From Octopus bimaculoides (Eukaryota): a DNA stretch of 64,000 nt. The notes below the pieces were generated by a model. The model had not been told where the DNA came from, did not search any database, and saw nothing but the letters and a program-made list of their open reading frames with translations. The DNA is taken from NCBI RefSeq assembly GCF_001194135.2, contig NC_068985.1, forward strand, positions 17,602,703 to 17,666,702. Direction: 5' to 3'. Each line of letters begins with the position of its first letter. The stretch's first letter is position 1. The position numbers and the translations under genes were made by a program. Of this stretch, positions 1 to 11,210 are shown in pieces.

Positions 1-675
1 AAGTACTAGGCTTACAAAGAATAAGTCCTGGGATTGATTTACTCAACTAAAGGCGGTGCTCCAGCATGGCCGCAGTCAAATGACTGAAACAAGTAAAAGA
101 GAGACAACTAAATAATATTAATATATATTTTTTATTTTGCTTATAGACATTGAAGTCAGTATTTGGCGAAATTCAAGAATATTTTTGTTTTTGAGATCTT
201 CAATTTGTGAGTGTTGCAAGCTCCAACTATTCTAAGGAAAGTTTCTGTTTCCAGGTTTAGATTTTTATATCTGTATCTACCCTATAATGCTTATTGTTGA
301 AAATATTTTATGCTTCAAATACTATGTTCTTATGGCAACAAAACAATAAAATTGAAAGTGTGAATAAACTGTAGGGATTTTTTACATTTGAACTTTATTG
401 CAAGCAAGCAAATATACCTTGTGGTCATCTCAACCATGTGGTTTTGGATACAGTCTTACTGCACAGTACCTTGAGCAAGTACCTTCTGCTATACCCTCAT
501 GCCAACCAAAGCCTTATGAGTGGATTTGGTAGATGGTAACTGAAAGAAGCTCATTGTCAATAACAACACAAAACAACCCTTCATACACACACACTACAAG
601 ACAAAGAAGTCAGCTAACAATACCTCTTCTCCAAAGATTTCCTGGAGAAGATATCCTAACCCTGAAATATTAATC

Positions 676-1390
676 TCTTTATTGCCCACAGGGGGCCATA
701 GAGGGGACAAACAAAGACACACAAAGGGATTAAGTCGATTACATCGACCCCAGTGCATAACTGGTACTTATTTAATTGACTCCGAAAGGATGAAAGGCAA
801 TGTTGGCCTCGGCGAAATTTGAACTCAGTACATAAAGACAGATGAAATACCGTTAAGCATTTCGCCCAGCGTGCTAATGATTCTTATTTCTTTATTGCCC
901 ACCAAGGACAGACAAAGGGATTAAGTCGATTACATCGACCCCTGTGTGTAACTGGTACTTAATTTATCGACCCCGAAAGAATGAAAGGCAAAGTCGACCT
1001 CAGCGGAATTTGAACTCAGAACGTAATGGTAGACGAAATACCACTAAGCATTTCACCATGCATGCTAACCATTCTGCCAGCTCGTCACCCTCTACCCCTG
1101 AAATATTAATGTACCAGGTAAAATCATTGACCTGATTTTTTATAACATATACTGTTCTGGCTTTAAAAAAACAATAATAATATTGGTTTCAAATTTTGGC
1201 ACAAGGCCAGCAATTTCGAAGGAGGGAATAAGTTGATTACATTGACCCCAGTGCTCAACTGGTACTTATTTTAACAAACCCCCCAAAAAATGAAAGACAA
1301 AGTTGACATCAGTGGAATTTGAACTCAGAATGTAAAGACAAATGGAACACTGTTAGGCATTTTACCCAGCTTGCTAACAATTTAATATAT
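676..1390 (-). mobile_element. Three tandem copies of SINE family C
   Basis: Repeated taagtcgattacatcgacccc..actggtactt..gaaaggatgaaaggcaa..gtcgacctc.gcggaatttgaactcag at about 676-890, 890-1090 and 1190-1390. Other copies at about 14060-14225, 17345-17560, 29275-29470, 51445-51660 and 61660-61800. From memory the core resembles the Meta/MESC SINE domain; not verified. Confidence 0.75.
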
Positions 1391-1959
1391 TATAGTGTTG
1401 TCTGTTGAAAAAAAAAAATATTATAGTACAGATTTTAAATATTTTTACTTTGATAGAGTTGGTCCCTTGCTACTCTGAGTTTCCCCTGTGGGTGCACAGG
1501 ATCTTCAGGCAAGTCATAACTTGTCTAGACAAGTGTGGTCAATAATGCAAGAATTAATGAGTACGGTGTTGAATTTAGATTGCATGTACGTGTCCACCAG
1601 GACTCAATCTTTAGCCTCCTTCTGTTTATTGTAGTCTTCCAAGTTATAATAGAGGAGTTTAAGACATTGAGTGTTGTATTTGAGATCTCCAGTATACTAA
1701 TGATCTAGCTCTTACAGCTGAATAAATAGATTTTGAGAAGTTCTAAACAAGTAAGCAGAAACTAAAATCAAAGTTAACTTAACAAAGACAAATGTTTTAG
1801 TGAGAAAAAAAAAATGTTGCCATCAGGGAAATGGTCATACTCGTTATGCAGGATAGTTAATAAGTAAAAACTTCATATAGTATACATAATGCAAACTAAC
1901 GAAGTGCAAGAAGTGTAGAGGAATCACCAGCAAAGTTAGCAGCAAAGTAGACTTCATAC

Positions 1960-2640
1960 GTGGTAGATGTACAGGGGCGATAAGCATTAAGAGCACATGG
2001 AAACAGATTCTCTTAAATGCCTAAAAGATTCACTAAAAGTACTTGATAGCTTTTGTTACCTAGGTAAACTAATTAACTGTTGGAGTAGGTTTTCTGAAAA
2101 CATAAAGTAAGAACAGACTGGAAAAAATTCAGAAAGTTAGTACGCTTATTGACAAAACAAGGCTTCTCACTCAGAGTGAAAGGCAGATTGTAGGATATTT
2201 ATGTATGAAGTGTGATACAATTTAGTAATAAAGTATGGTGTTTGAATGCAGAGGATTCATGAAGACCAGGAAAAAAATTGAAGTGAGCATGCTTTGCTGG
2301 ATGTGAAATGATTGTGTGTATGAATGGTTAAAATAAAAATGGGCTAAGAGAAAAACTGGATATAAAATAAATTAGGTGTAATTTGCAAGAGAGAAGACTG
2401 TACTGATACAAACATGGTGATGTGTATGGAGTATGGTTACTGTATAAAGAAGTGCTCAGGGTGAGTGGAATATGGGAAAGAGAAAGAATGAAGAAGACAT
2501 GGAATGAAATGGTGATGACTGTTATCAAGAGGTTGCCCTTCACAAAGACAACAAAGGACCATAACCATTGGCAATGCACAGTGCTGTATTAACAAAACCC
2601 ACTGGTCTGTGCATACATCATGAAACATACATTAGGAGAG
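1960..2640 (+). mobile_element. Decayed RTE-like LINE 3' region
   Basis: LKVLDSFCYLG...WKKFR...GFSLRVKGRL, homologous to 52340-52920. Confidence 0.72.
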
Positions 2641-3450
2641 GGGTAACAATGGAAACTGGGATGTATAACATATATCTGGGTTTTTCCTCCCATTCTGACC
2701 TGTTAAGTCTCTACCTGCTACCCTTCTTTCTTCTTTGATGCCCTCTCATTACTCTATCACTTGCTTCCCTTCTAATCATTGTACTGTATCATCTAAGGAA
2801 ATGCTGGATAAAAAGATATCTATGAATATTCAGTTTCACCCTGCCACCATTTAAATCTCTCTATTTCTCTCTTCTTTTCATTACAGTTCCTGAGTGAAAA
2901 GGGATTGCATCTGACCTGTCAGTTAAGAACATGACAAGCTCTCAAAGAAAGAGTTTAGCAAAAGCTTATCTGACATGGGAGAATATTATTTTGGTTGGAA
3001 ACAGGTGAGGGTTGGCAACAAGAAGGGCATCTGGCTATAAAAAAATCTGCCTCAATAAACTCCATCCAGTCCATGTAAATATGGAAGAATGGGCATTAAG
3101 ATGATAATAAAGATGATAATTTTAAATTTATCAGCTAAGCAAGAATTCCATTTCAAATAGCCTTGCACTTTAAGAAACAATTTCAAACCTATTTTGTATA
3201 TATAACATATACTTAACAAACAATGTTTCTGTATATTCAAACCAACCAGCACGGCAAAAGAAGGGAAGAAAAGAATGGGAGGAATGTTAGTAAAGAAACA
3301 TATGAAATTGTAGGTAAGAGAAGAATTGGACCTAAAATTGATTAGCAGTGACCCTTGATAACAGGTCAAGCAACAACTATATAGCAGATTCATAAGTTTT
3401 AAGGAAATAAAGAAAAACTTAACAACAAAAGCAATGAGAAAGCAGAATAT

Positions 3451-4104
3451 ATACAAGGGGAAGTCAAAAATTATCTGTTCTTTCACCATAGCATATCTTT
3501 ATTATTATTACAATGCCTTCTGCACATGTCTGTTTATAGTTGGTACATTTGTGGTCACATGATTGAAATTTGAGCCTGATCACGCCATATTTCTTTCTGG
3601 CTTTACAGCATAAGCATGGCCACTCCACTAGCAATGTGCACCAGAAAACAAAGATCAGTGATCTAATTTCTCTGGTCAAAAGGTGTGTCAGGTGCTGAAA
3701 TCCATTGAAGGCTTTTAACAGTGCACTACTGTGTAGAAGTGTGTATGAGTGGATTGAGAAGTTTAAAAGTGGCAAGACAAGCATCATGAAGAGGGAGTAG
3801 GACGCCTGTCTACCTCCACCACTGACAAGAAGATTCAGCAAGCTCAAGAAATGGTAATAGTGAACTCATCATTACCATCTCCTGGATCACTGCTCTTTGT
3901 TCTACTTTGGTGCACATTGCTATTGGAGTGGCCTTGCTTACACTGTAAAGCCAGAAAGGAAAATAGCATGATCAGGCTCAAATTTCAATCACATGACCAC
4001 AACAGTACCAACTATAAGCATGCATGCACAGAAGGCAGTGTGACAATAATAAAGATATGTTATGGAGAAAGTGCAGATAATTTTTGATTTCTCCTCGCAT
4101 ATAT
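3451..4104. mobile_element. Mariner-derived fold-back element with about 215-bp inverted arms
   Basis: 3451-3667 is the reverse complement of 3883-4104, with scattered mismatches. The arm and spacer encode a decayed mariner N-terminus (MATPLAMCT..QRSVI.FLWSKGVSGAEIH...VYEWIEKFKSGKTS). TA-rich flanks. Confidence 0.88.
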
Positions 4105-4687
4105 AAATTAAACACCTGACATCTTTAAAAGAAAAAAGCAAAAAAACTGATTATTACATAACGGCAATTCTATGATCTAATTACTACATATATGCATGAT
4201 ACATACATACATATCATCTACTTATAAAAACCATGCTAAAGCAGGTAGTAGACCTTGAAGCAGTCCTTTGGCTCACCAGCACCTGTCAAACTCTCCAACC
4301 TATGCTGGCATGGAAAATGAATGTTAAGTGGTTATCATGATGACAACGATGATGATAATGATGATGATGATGATGATATATGGCTGCGTGATTAAGAAGC
4401 TCATTTTGAAGCCATATGTTTTCAAGTTCAATTGCACTGATAGTACCTTGAATAGGCCTTTTCTACTTTAGCCCTGAGCTGAACAATGCTTTGTGAGTGA
4501 ATTTGGTTGATGGAAACACTTGTAGAAGCCCAAATGTATGTATAAATAATGTGGCTAAAACCTATATTCATTTTAGAGGATTCCACTAATATAGCTTAGA
4601 GCTTCTTGTCATTAATCAAAAAGCTTTTCCCACAAAATTATAGAAATTATAAGCCCTTTAATACCCATAATATCAAGGTAAGCTACT

Positions 4688-4763
4688 CATGTTTAGATAA
4701 TATCATTTCAATCATCCCACCTTACAAAAGGTAGGGTGATTGAAATGATATTATATAAACATG
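4688..4763. repeat. 76-nt near-perfect hairpin
   Basis: catgtttagataatatcatttcaatcatcccacctt-acaa-aaggtagggtgattgaaatgatattatataaacatg; 36-bp arms with 3 mismatches. Confidence 0.9.
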
Positions 4764-5670
4764 AAGCCCTACCACCTGCCTCTTAGGAGGAGCCTGCTTA
4801 TTAAATGGGCATGACAATCAATGAATTTAAGGGAATAAATACATAAAACATGCACTCCTTCAGGTGTAGGGTGAATGAGAACTCTGCTTCCCTTCTGCTT
4901 CATCTGGAGGCACCAGGACTATCAAAATGACTTTCCCATCATCAAATGGAGTACTTTTGACAGGTCTTGACAGGGCCCTCCTTACTCATAACTGCCAATT
5001 CTGGCTCCATGAGAAACTGCATATACTCCACCAGCCTGCAATATTCATTGATAGTAAGAATGAACTATATTATTGTTGCTGCTAGATTTACAAACTGGTA
5101 ATGAACTTCATGCCTCTGGCTACTGATATATGACCTAAGGGCAGAGCAAATAATACCTGTCGTCTGTATAGACTACAGCCTACTTATATTAGTCATGCAA
5201 CCTCACTTGTAACCTGACAGCATCAATATTGTTGCCCTAATATAATAACTGCTGTCACTAATATGTTCAATGTACACAGAATAATGACTGCTTAACTAAC
5301 TTATGCCAATATATTGCATACCCCACCACATCCAGTGCCCAATACAAAGAACTAGTATTGCTGAATATACCATATTGCAGACTGCTGTTAAAGTGATGCC
5401 AACGTCCTGTCTGCAAAATATGGACAGAAAAATAAAGAAAATAACTTATGTCACTTTGACAGCATTACAGTCACATGACCTGAGCTGACTAATGGAGGTT
5501 TAAACATTTAGAAATCATTATGAATTTTTTTTCGAACTCTCTAATGTTTTTTCTTCTTTACTTCTTATGATTCAGTCACTGTTCACTTTCCTGTCTTTTT
5601 TGTGCATTATTCTACATGCAATACATGCACTCTTGGCTACCTTTTCTGATGAGTTGTAGTGTACCTGAGC

Positions 5671-5870
5671 ACTGATGTCCTGATGTCTCTCTCCCTTCCA
5701 CAACTCTCATCTCCTCTCAACCATCTTTGAACCTCTTATGCCAGTGTAAAACTTAATTCATAAGCAGTCTGGAACATTTCATAAGTTTCTGTAGTTTGTT
5801 TGCTTAGTTTAACACAAAACTTTATTGCATAGCAAACTTCTAAATGTCCTGACGGCATTCTGAATATTGC
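5671..5870 (-). mobile_element. Mariner 5' fragment, second copy of about 10124-10290
   Basis: Near-identical to 10124-10290 (ctgatgtcctgatgtctctctcccttccacaactctc...ctttattgcatagcaaacttc). Confidence 0.8.
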
Positions 5871-6375
5871 AGTATTCTGTGTTCTAACACAACATCCATT
5901 TTTAAGTGGACATAAATATTACATTTTGGTCTTAACACTGCTTTGATTATATATATGCGCGTGCACACGTGTGTGTTTGTGCATGCATGTGTGTGTCTTT
6001 CTGTTTCTGTTATTCCCACTATCTCAACTCATCAACCAATGTTGGTTTGTTTATGTCCGCATAACTTTGTGGTTTGGCAAAATATATTGATAGAATAACT
6101 ACCAGACTTAAAGATAAGCACTGCAGTTGATTTACTCAACTAAGACGTCATGCCCCAGCATGGCCACAGGTCAAGTAAAAGTGAAAAGATACACACACAC
6201 ACACATATCAGCATCTTTTGAATTCCTCTCTACCAAATCTACTTACAAGGCTTTGGTCTGCCCAGTGCTATACTGCTTTGCTACAAGACACTTGCCCAAG
6301 GTACTGTTCAGAGAGAATGAAACTGAAACCACATGGTTGGGATGTGAATTTCTTAACTAATGACTGTGCCCAATA

Positions 6376-6384
6376 TATATGTAT

Positions 6385-6417
<33 letters not shown>

Positions 6418-6560
6418 CACACACACATACATATACACATCTACATACATACATACATATTTTATATATACATACATATATACATACACATACATACATA
6501 CATATGCATGAGAATATATACATAAAACATACAAATCTGCACATACATACATACAGATAA
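6376..6560. repeat. Compound (CA)/(TA)/(CATA) microsatellite
   Basis: Visible directly; it produces spurious H/T/Y/I-rich ORFs. Confidence 0.9.
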
Positions 6561-7641
6561 AAATATTCTGTTGTTGATGTTGAAATCCCAATGAAGGAGC
6601 CTTGGATCTAGATTAGAAACCGATTCTTTCTCTATTGGCAAGAAATCTTGAAATAAACTGAATGATATACATACATACATATATNNNNNNNNNNNNNNNN
6701 NNNNNNNNNNNNNNNNNNNNNNNNNNNNNNNNNNNNNNNNNNNNNNNNNNNNNNNNNNNNNNNNNNNNNNNNNNNNNNNNNNNNNNNNNNNNNNNNNNNN
6801 NNNNNNNNNNNNNNNNNNNNNNNNNNNNNNNNNNNNNNNNNNNNNNNNNNNNNNNNNNNNNNNNNNNNNNNNNNNNNNNNNNNNNNNNNNNNNNNNNNNN
6901 NNNNNNNNNNNNNNNNNNNNNNNNNNNNNNNNNNNNNNNNNNNNNNNNNNNNNNNNNNNNNNNNNNNNNNNNNNNNNNNNNNNNNNNNNNNNNNNNNNNN
7001 NNNNNNNNNNNNNNNNNNNNNNNNNNNNNNNNNNNNNNNNNNNNNNNNNNNNNNNNNNNNNNNNNNNNNNNNNNNNNNNNNNNNNNNNNNNNNNNNNNNN
7101 NNNNNNNNNNNNNNNNNNNNNNNNNNNNNNNNNNNNNNNNNNNNNNNNNNNNNNNNNNNNNNNNNNNNNNNNNNNNNNNNNNNNNNNNNNNNNNNNNNNN
7201 NNNNNNNNNNNNNNNNNNNNNNNNNNNNNNNNNNNNNNNNNNNNNNNNNNNNNNNNNNNNNNNNNNNNNNNNNNNNNNNNNNNNNNNNNNNNNNNNNNNN
7301 NNNNNNNNNNNNNNNNNNNNNNNNNNNNNNNNNNNNNNNNNNNNNNNNNNNNNNNNNNNNNNNNNNNNNNNNNNNNNNNNNNNNNNNNNNNNNNNNNNNN
7401 NNNNNNNNNNNNNNNNNNNNNNNNNNNNNNNNNNNNNNNNNNNNNNNNNNNNNNNNNNNNNNNNNNNNNNNNNNNNNNNNNNNNNNNNNNNNNNNNNNNN
7501 NNNNNNNNNNNNNNNNNNNNNNNNNNNNNNNNNNNNNNNNNNNNNNNNNNNNNNNNNNNNNNNNNNNNNNNNNNNNNNNNNNNNNNNNNNNNNNNNNNNN
7601 NNNNNNNNNNNNNNNNNNNNNNNNNNNNNNNNNNNNNNNNN

Positions 7642-7700
<59 letters not shown>

Positions 7701-7705
7701 TAGAG
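7642..7705. repeat. (AG)n microsatellite next to an assembly gap
   Basis: Visible directly. Confidence 0.95.
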
Positions 7706-8879
7706 ATTTCTGTATCAGTAAAAATTTTGTACTGTTGAAATAAGTTTACATATAATTTCATAATAACTCTTTTAACAATGTACTGTATTTATGATTATTG
7801 CTTACTCTGAGTATTTACTCTCAGCACGTGCTATATATATATATATATATATACTCCTATGCCTTCTTTTCTTTTGCTAGTTATTCCAGCCATTGTCCCT
7901 TGGGCATGATGAGGATTGACTATCAATGCTGTTGCATCCTCTTTTGAGGTTAGTAGTTGATAAATGAATGTTTGATCTGATGAAGGTTTATCTAACATCT
8001 GTAACCGTAGAGAGACCGACTTTTGTTTGAAAGTGTTAACATTTAGTCGATGTAGATTCCTTATGTTTTTTCCAGTCTCAAGCAAATTCTGATTTGAGGA
8101 TTAGAATCTGTGTTAGACCTTTGTAACCAGGTTGCAATGGTTAGAGAGCTGATACTAGAATGCTTGAGACTTTCTTTTATAGAAATGTCTAGTTTTCACC
8201 ACACCATTTCTATATAGCATTGACATTTTTCTATAGGTTTCTGTCATCATCATCAAGATTCCTGATTCATAGTCTTCTTCATCATCATCATCATCTTTAT
8301 CATATTTATCAGTTTAACATCCACTTTTACATGCTTGCATGGGTCAGATGGAATTTGCCGAGGCAAATTTTCTGTGGTTGGATGCCTTTTCTATCACCAA
8401 CCCCCAACTGTTTCCAAGTAAGATAATATTTCCCCATAGTCAGATGTGTTTCACTGAAGACTGGAAATAAACAACACCACTTGTATGATGGTAATGTTTG
8501 TTTACAATCATGTAATGTGAATACAAAGGTACACACACACACAATATCTACATACATATAATACGACAGGTTTCTTTCAGTTTCCATCTCTCAAACTCAT
8601 TTACAGGGCTTTGGTTGGCTCAGAACTATAGTAGAAGACACTTGCCAGAGGTGCCACACAATAGGACTGACCCTGAAACCACAGGTTGAGAACCAAAATT
8701 CTTAATCAAACAGCCATACCGGTGCCTTGATTACCTTTAAATTTTTATTATAATCAACATAGTTTGTAAGAGTGGTTGTTCTAATACCAAAATATGCTTG
8801 AAACAGCTATTGCAATGTTTCAAAACAGCAAACGTCCTAATACACTCCACTCAGAAATGTTGACTGTTTGAAAAGGTAT

Positions 8880-9340
8880 TATTACAGCAAACAACTTTCA
8901 TAAAAAAAAAGTTACACAACCATTCTCCTAATTTTCCAGTTAAGCTAAGATCACACAGTTTGTAATTTATCTCATGAGCAACTTTGCTGAACATTTTTGC
9001 AATGTATTACATCTACATTTGACTGGCTGAGCATCTGTTTCAGTATTTAGTTGTAATGGTACAGTAGTTGTATGGACCAGCTTCTGCTCAGACAGAAAGA
9101 AACCATGCTGTGTCACTCAGCAAGTCATTTTTGTCTCAGAACATATTCAGTTCCCCACTGATAATTTGTTCCACAACTTTGCTATTGTTTGAAGTCAGAG
9201 CTATCTCTGAAATATTTAGCATCTGCTCTACTTGGCCCCTGATGGATGATATATTAATGCCTTCTTTCAATGTTTTATACTTATGCTTATCACTTCCAAG
9301 GAAGTTTTGGAAAAGTATCTGAAGTGGTTCAGTTAGAGCC
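8880..9340 (-). mobile_element. Decayed CR1/L2-group LINE reverse-transcriptase fragment
   Basis: The minus strand gives IALTSNNSKVVEQII (compare RPISLTS..KVMERIV) and NVDVI../AKMFSKVAHEINYKLCDLSLTGKLGEWLCNF (compare DFAKAFDKVDH..L..LGI.GKLG.W..NF), with stops and frameshifts. Confidence 0.7.
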
Positions 9341-9617
9341 ACTTTACATCAGCATCATCATTGTTCTAACGTTCACTTTTTCATGCTGGCATGGGTCAGA
9401 CGGAGTTTATTGATGCAGATTCTCTACAGCTGGATGCCTTCCTTGCCACCAACGCTCACCTCTTTCCAAGGAAGATAACAGTTTCTTGTGGCCAGACAGG
9501 TTTCCAGAGAATATTGGAAATGAACACCCTTCATTTACAACAATGACATGATGCAAAGACAAGGAGATATAAGCACACACACACACACACACAGACACAG
9601 GCACACACACACACACA

Positions 9618-10330
9618 CAAGGTGCATTCCAGAAGTTTTGAGACTTTTTCAGGAGAGACATTTATTAATTTCAAAGAAGTACAAAACTCTAATCTCCTTC
9701 AAAGTGGAATCACCTGACTTGAACGCACTTGTTGTAGTACTTCAGCCACTTTGTGAAGATCCCATGGACGTCCTCCAAAGTGAAGGTGTCTAGGACCCTT
9801 GTCAAAGCCTCCTTCATCTTCAAAATGACTGCCCTTGAGGTTCTTCTTCAACTTGAGGAACAACCAAAATTCACAGGGAGCAAGGACTGGGTTGTGGAGA
9901 GGGTGAGGGGCAGTGTTGATGCCCATCTCTGTTAAATAGTTGGTTACCAGGATGCTTGTCAGTGAGCATTCTGGTAACAAACTTAGCACAAATTTTATGC
10001 ATGTTCATATCTTCATGAGTAATTTTGTATACAGTTGCCATACCAATTCCAAACTGTATACTTATTGTTTTTAGACATACAATGGTCTTCATCAAGAAAA
10101 TTGCATATTTTCTCAACCAGCTCTGATGTCCTGATGTCTCTCTCCCTTCCACAACTCTCAACCATCTTTGAACCTCTTATGCCAGTGTAAAACTTAATTC
10201 ATAAGCAGTCTGGAACATTTCATAAGTTTCTGCAGTGTGTTTGCTTAGTTTAACACAAAACTTTATTGCATAGCAAACTTCCAAATATCCTGACTGCATT
10301 CTGAAAACTAGTCAGCTGTGACAAGCCTGT
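9618..10330 (-). mobile_element. Internally deleted mariner-family transposon
   Basis: Remnants YAIKFCVKLSK, ISIQFGIGMATVYKITHEDMNMHKICAKFVTRMLT and HPLHNPVLAPCEFWLFLKLKKNLKGSHF (compare HPPYSPDLAPCDFWLF); boundaries approximate. Confidence 0.85.
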
Positions 10331-10840
10331 AACAGGATGAGAGATTCCCGGACTGGATGGGTGCCGCTCGCGTCCTTCACATTAAATATTAATTGAGGAA
10401 AAAGTCAAGATTTTTCATTAACTTCAACAGTATAAATATTTATTCTTTGATTCACAATATGAAGCATTTCCTTCCTCTAGGCGAACTGGCAACCTAAGAG
10501 CTTATCGGCAGTAGTCTAGTGGAGTGAGTCAATCCTGTCCGTTCATGCATAGCGGGGATGCACCACGAGAGAGCTGCTGGAGACATGTCTGTATTGTTCA
10601 GCTGCTAGCGTAAAAAAAACAGAGATACAAGAGAATTTCGCTGCTGCTAGTTTTCTGTGCATGCGCATGATGGAACTTCTGGCAGGCCTTCCAGAAAATT
10701 CCAACCCTGCGCATGCGTGCTGGAGATTTCCAAGATGGCGTCACTACAAGCCATATTTTGGTAGGGTGAGTTCAAAGTGCTGTTACAGTTGTCTCCTTCA
10801 ATCAGGATTAACAAAAGTTGGCAGGTCAGCTTGTTAGATA

Positions 10841-11210
10841 CTCTTTTACTTGTTTCAGTCATTTGACTGTGGCCATGCTGGAGCACCACCTTTAGTCGAG
10901 CAAATCGACCCCAGGACTTATTCTTTGTAAGCCTAGTACTTATTCTATCGGTTTCTTTTGCCGAACTGCTAAGTTAAGGCGACGTAAACACACCAGCATC
11001 GGTTGTCAAGCGATGTTCGGGGGACAAACAGACACACACATATATACATATATACGACAGGCTTCTTTCAGTTTCCGTCTACCAAATCCACTCACAAGGC
11101 TTTGGTTGGCCCGAGGCTATAGTAGAAGACACTTGCCCAAGGTGCCATGCAGTGGGACTGAACCCAGAACCATGTGGTTGGTAAGCAAGCTACTTACAAC
11201 ACAGCCACTC
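10841..11210 (-). mobile_element. tRNA-derived SINE family A (internal CA/TA microsatellite), near full length
   Basis: Head GTGGCTGTGT..TAAGTAGCTTGC...GGGTTCAGTCCCAC (Pol III boxes). Further copies at 1-105, 27130-27470, 41446-41800 and 62946-63340, plus many fragments. Confidence 0.85.

Noticed and set aside
3052-3489. 145-aa hydrophobic ORF
   Set aside because: Antisense reading of A-rich low-complexity sequence plus a SINE end; no domain signal.
6613-7761. Long ORFs at 6613-7761, 19197-19763, 33236-33750 and 44887-46095
   Set aside because: They are open only because they run through N gaps and microsatellites.
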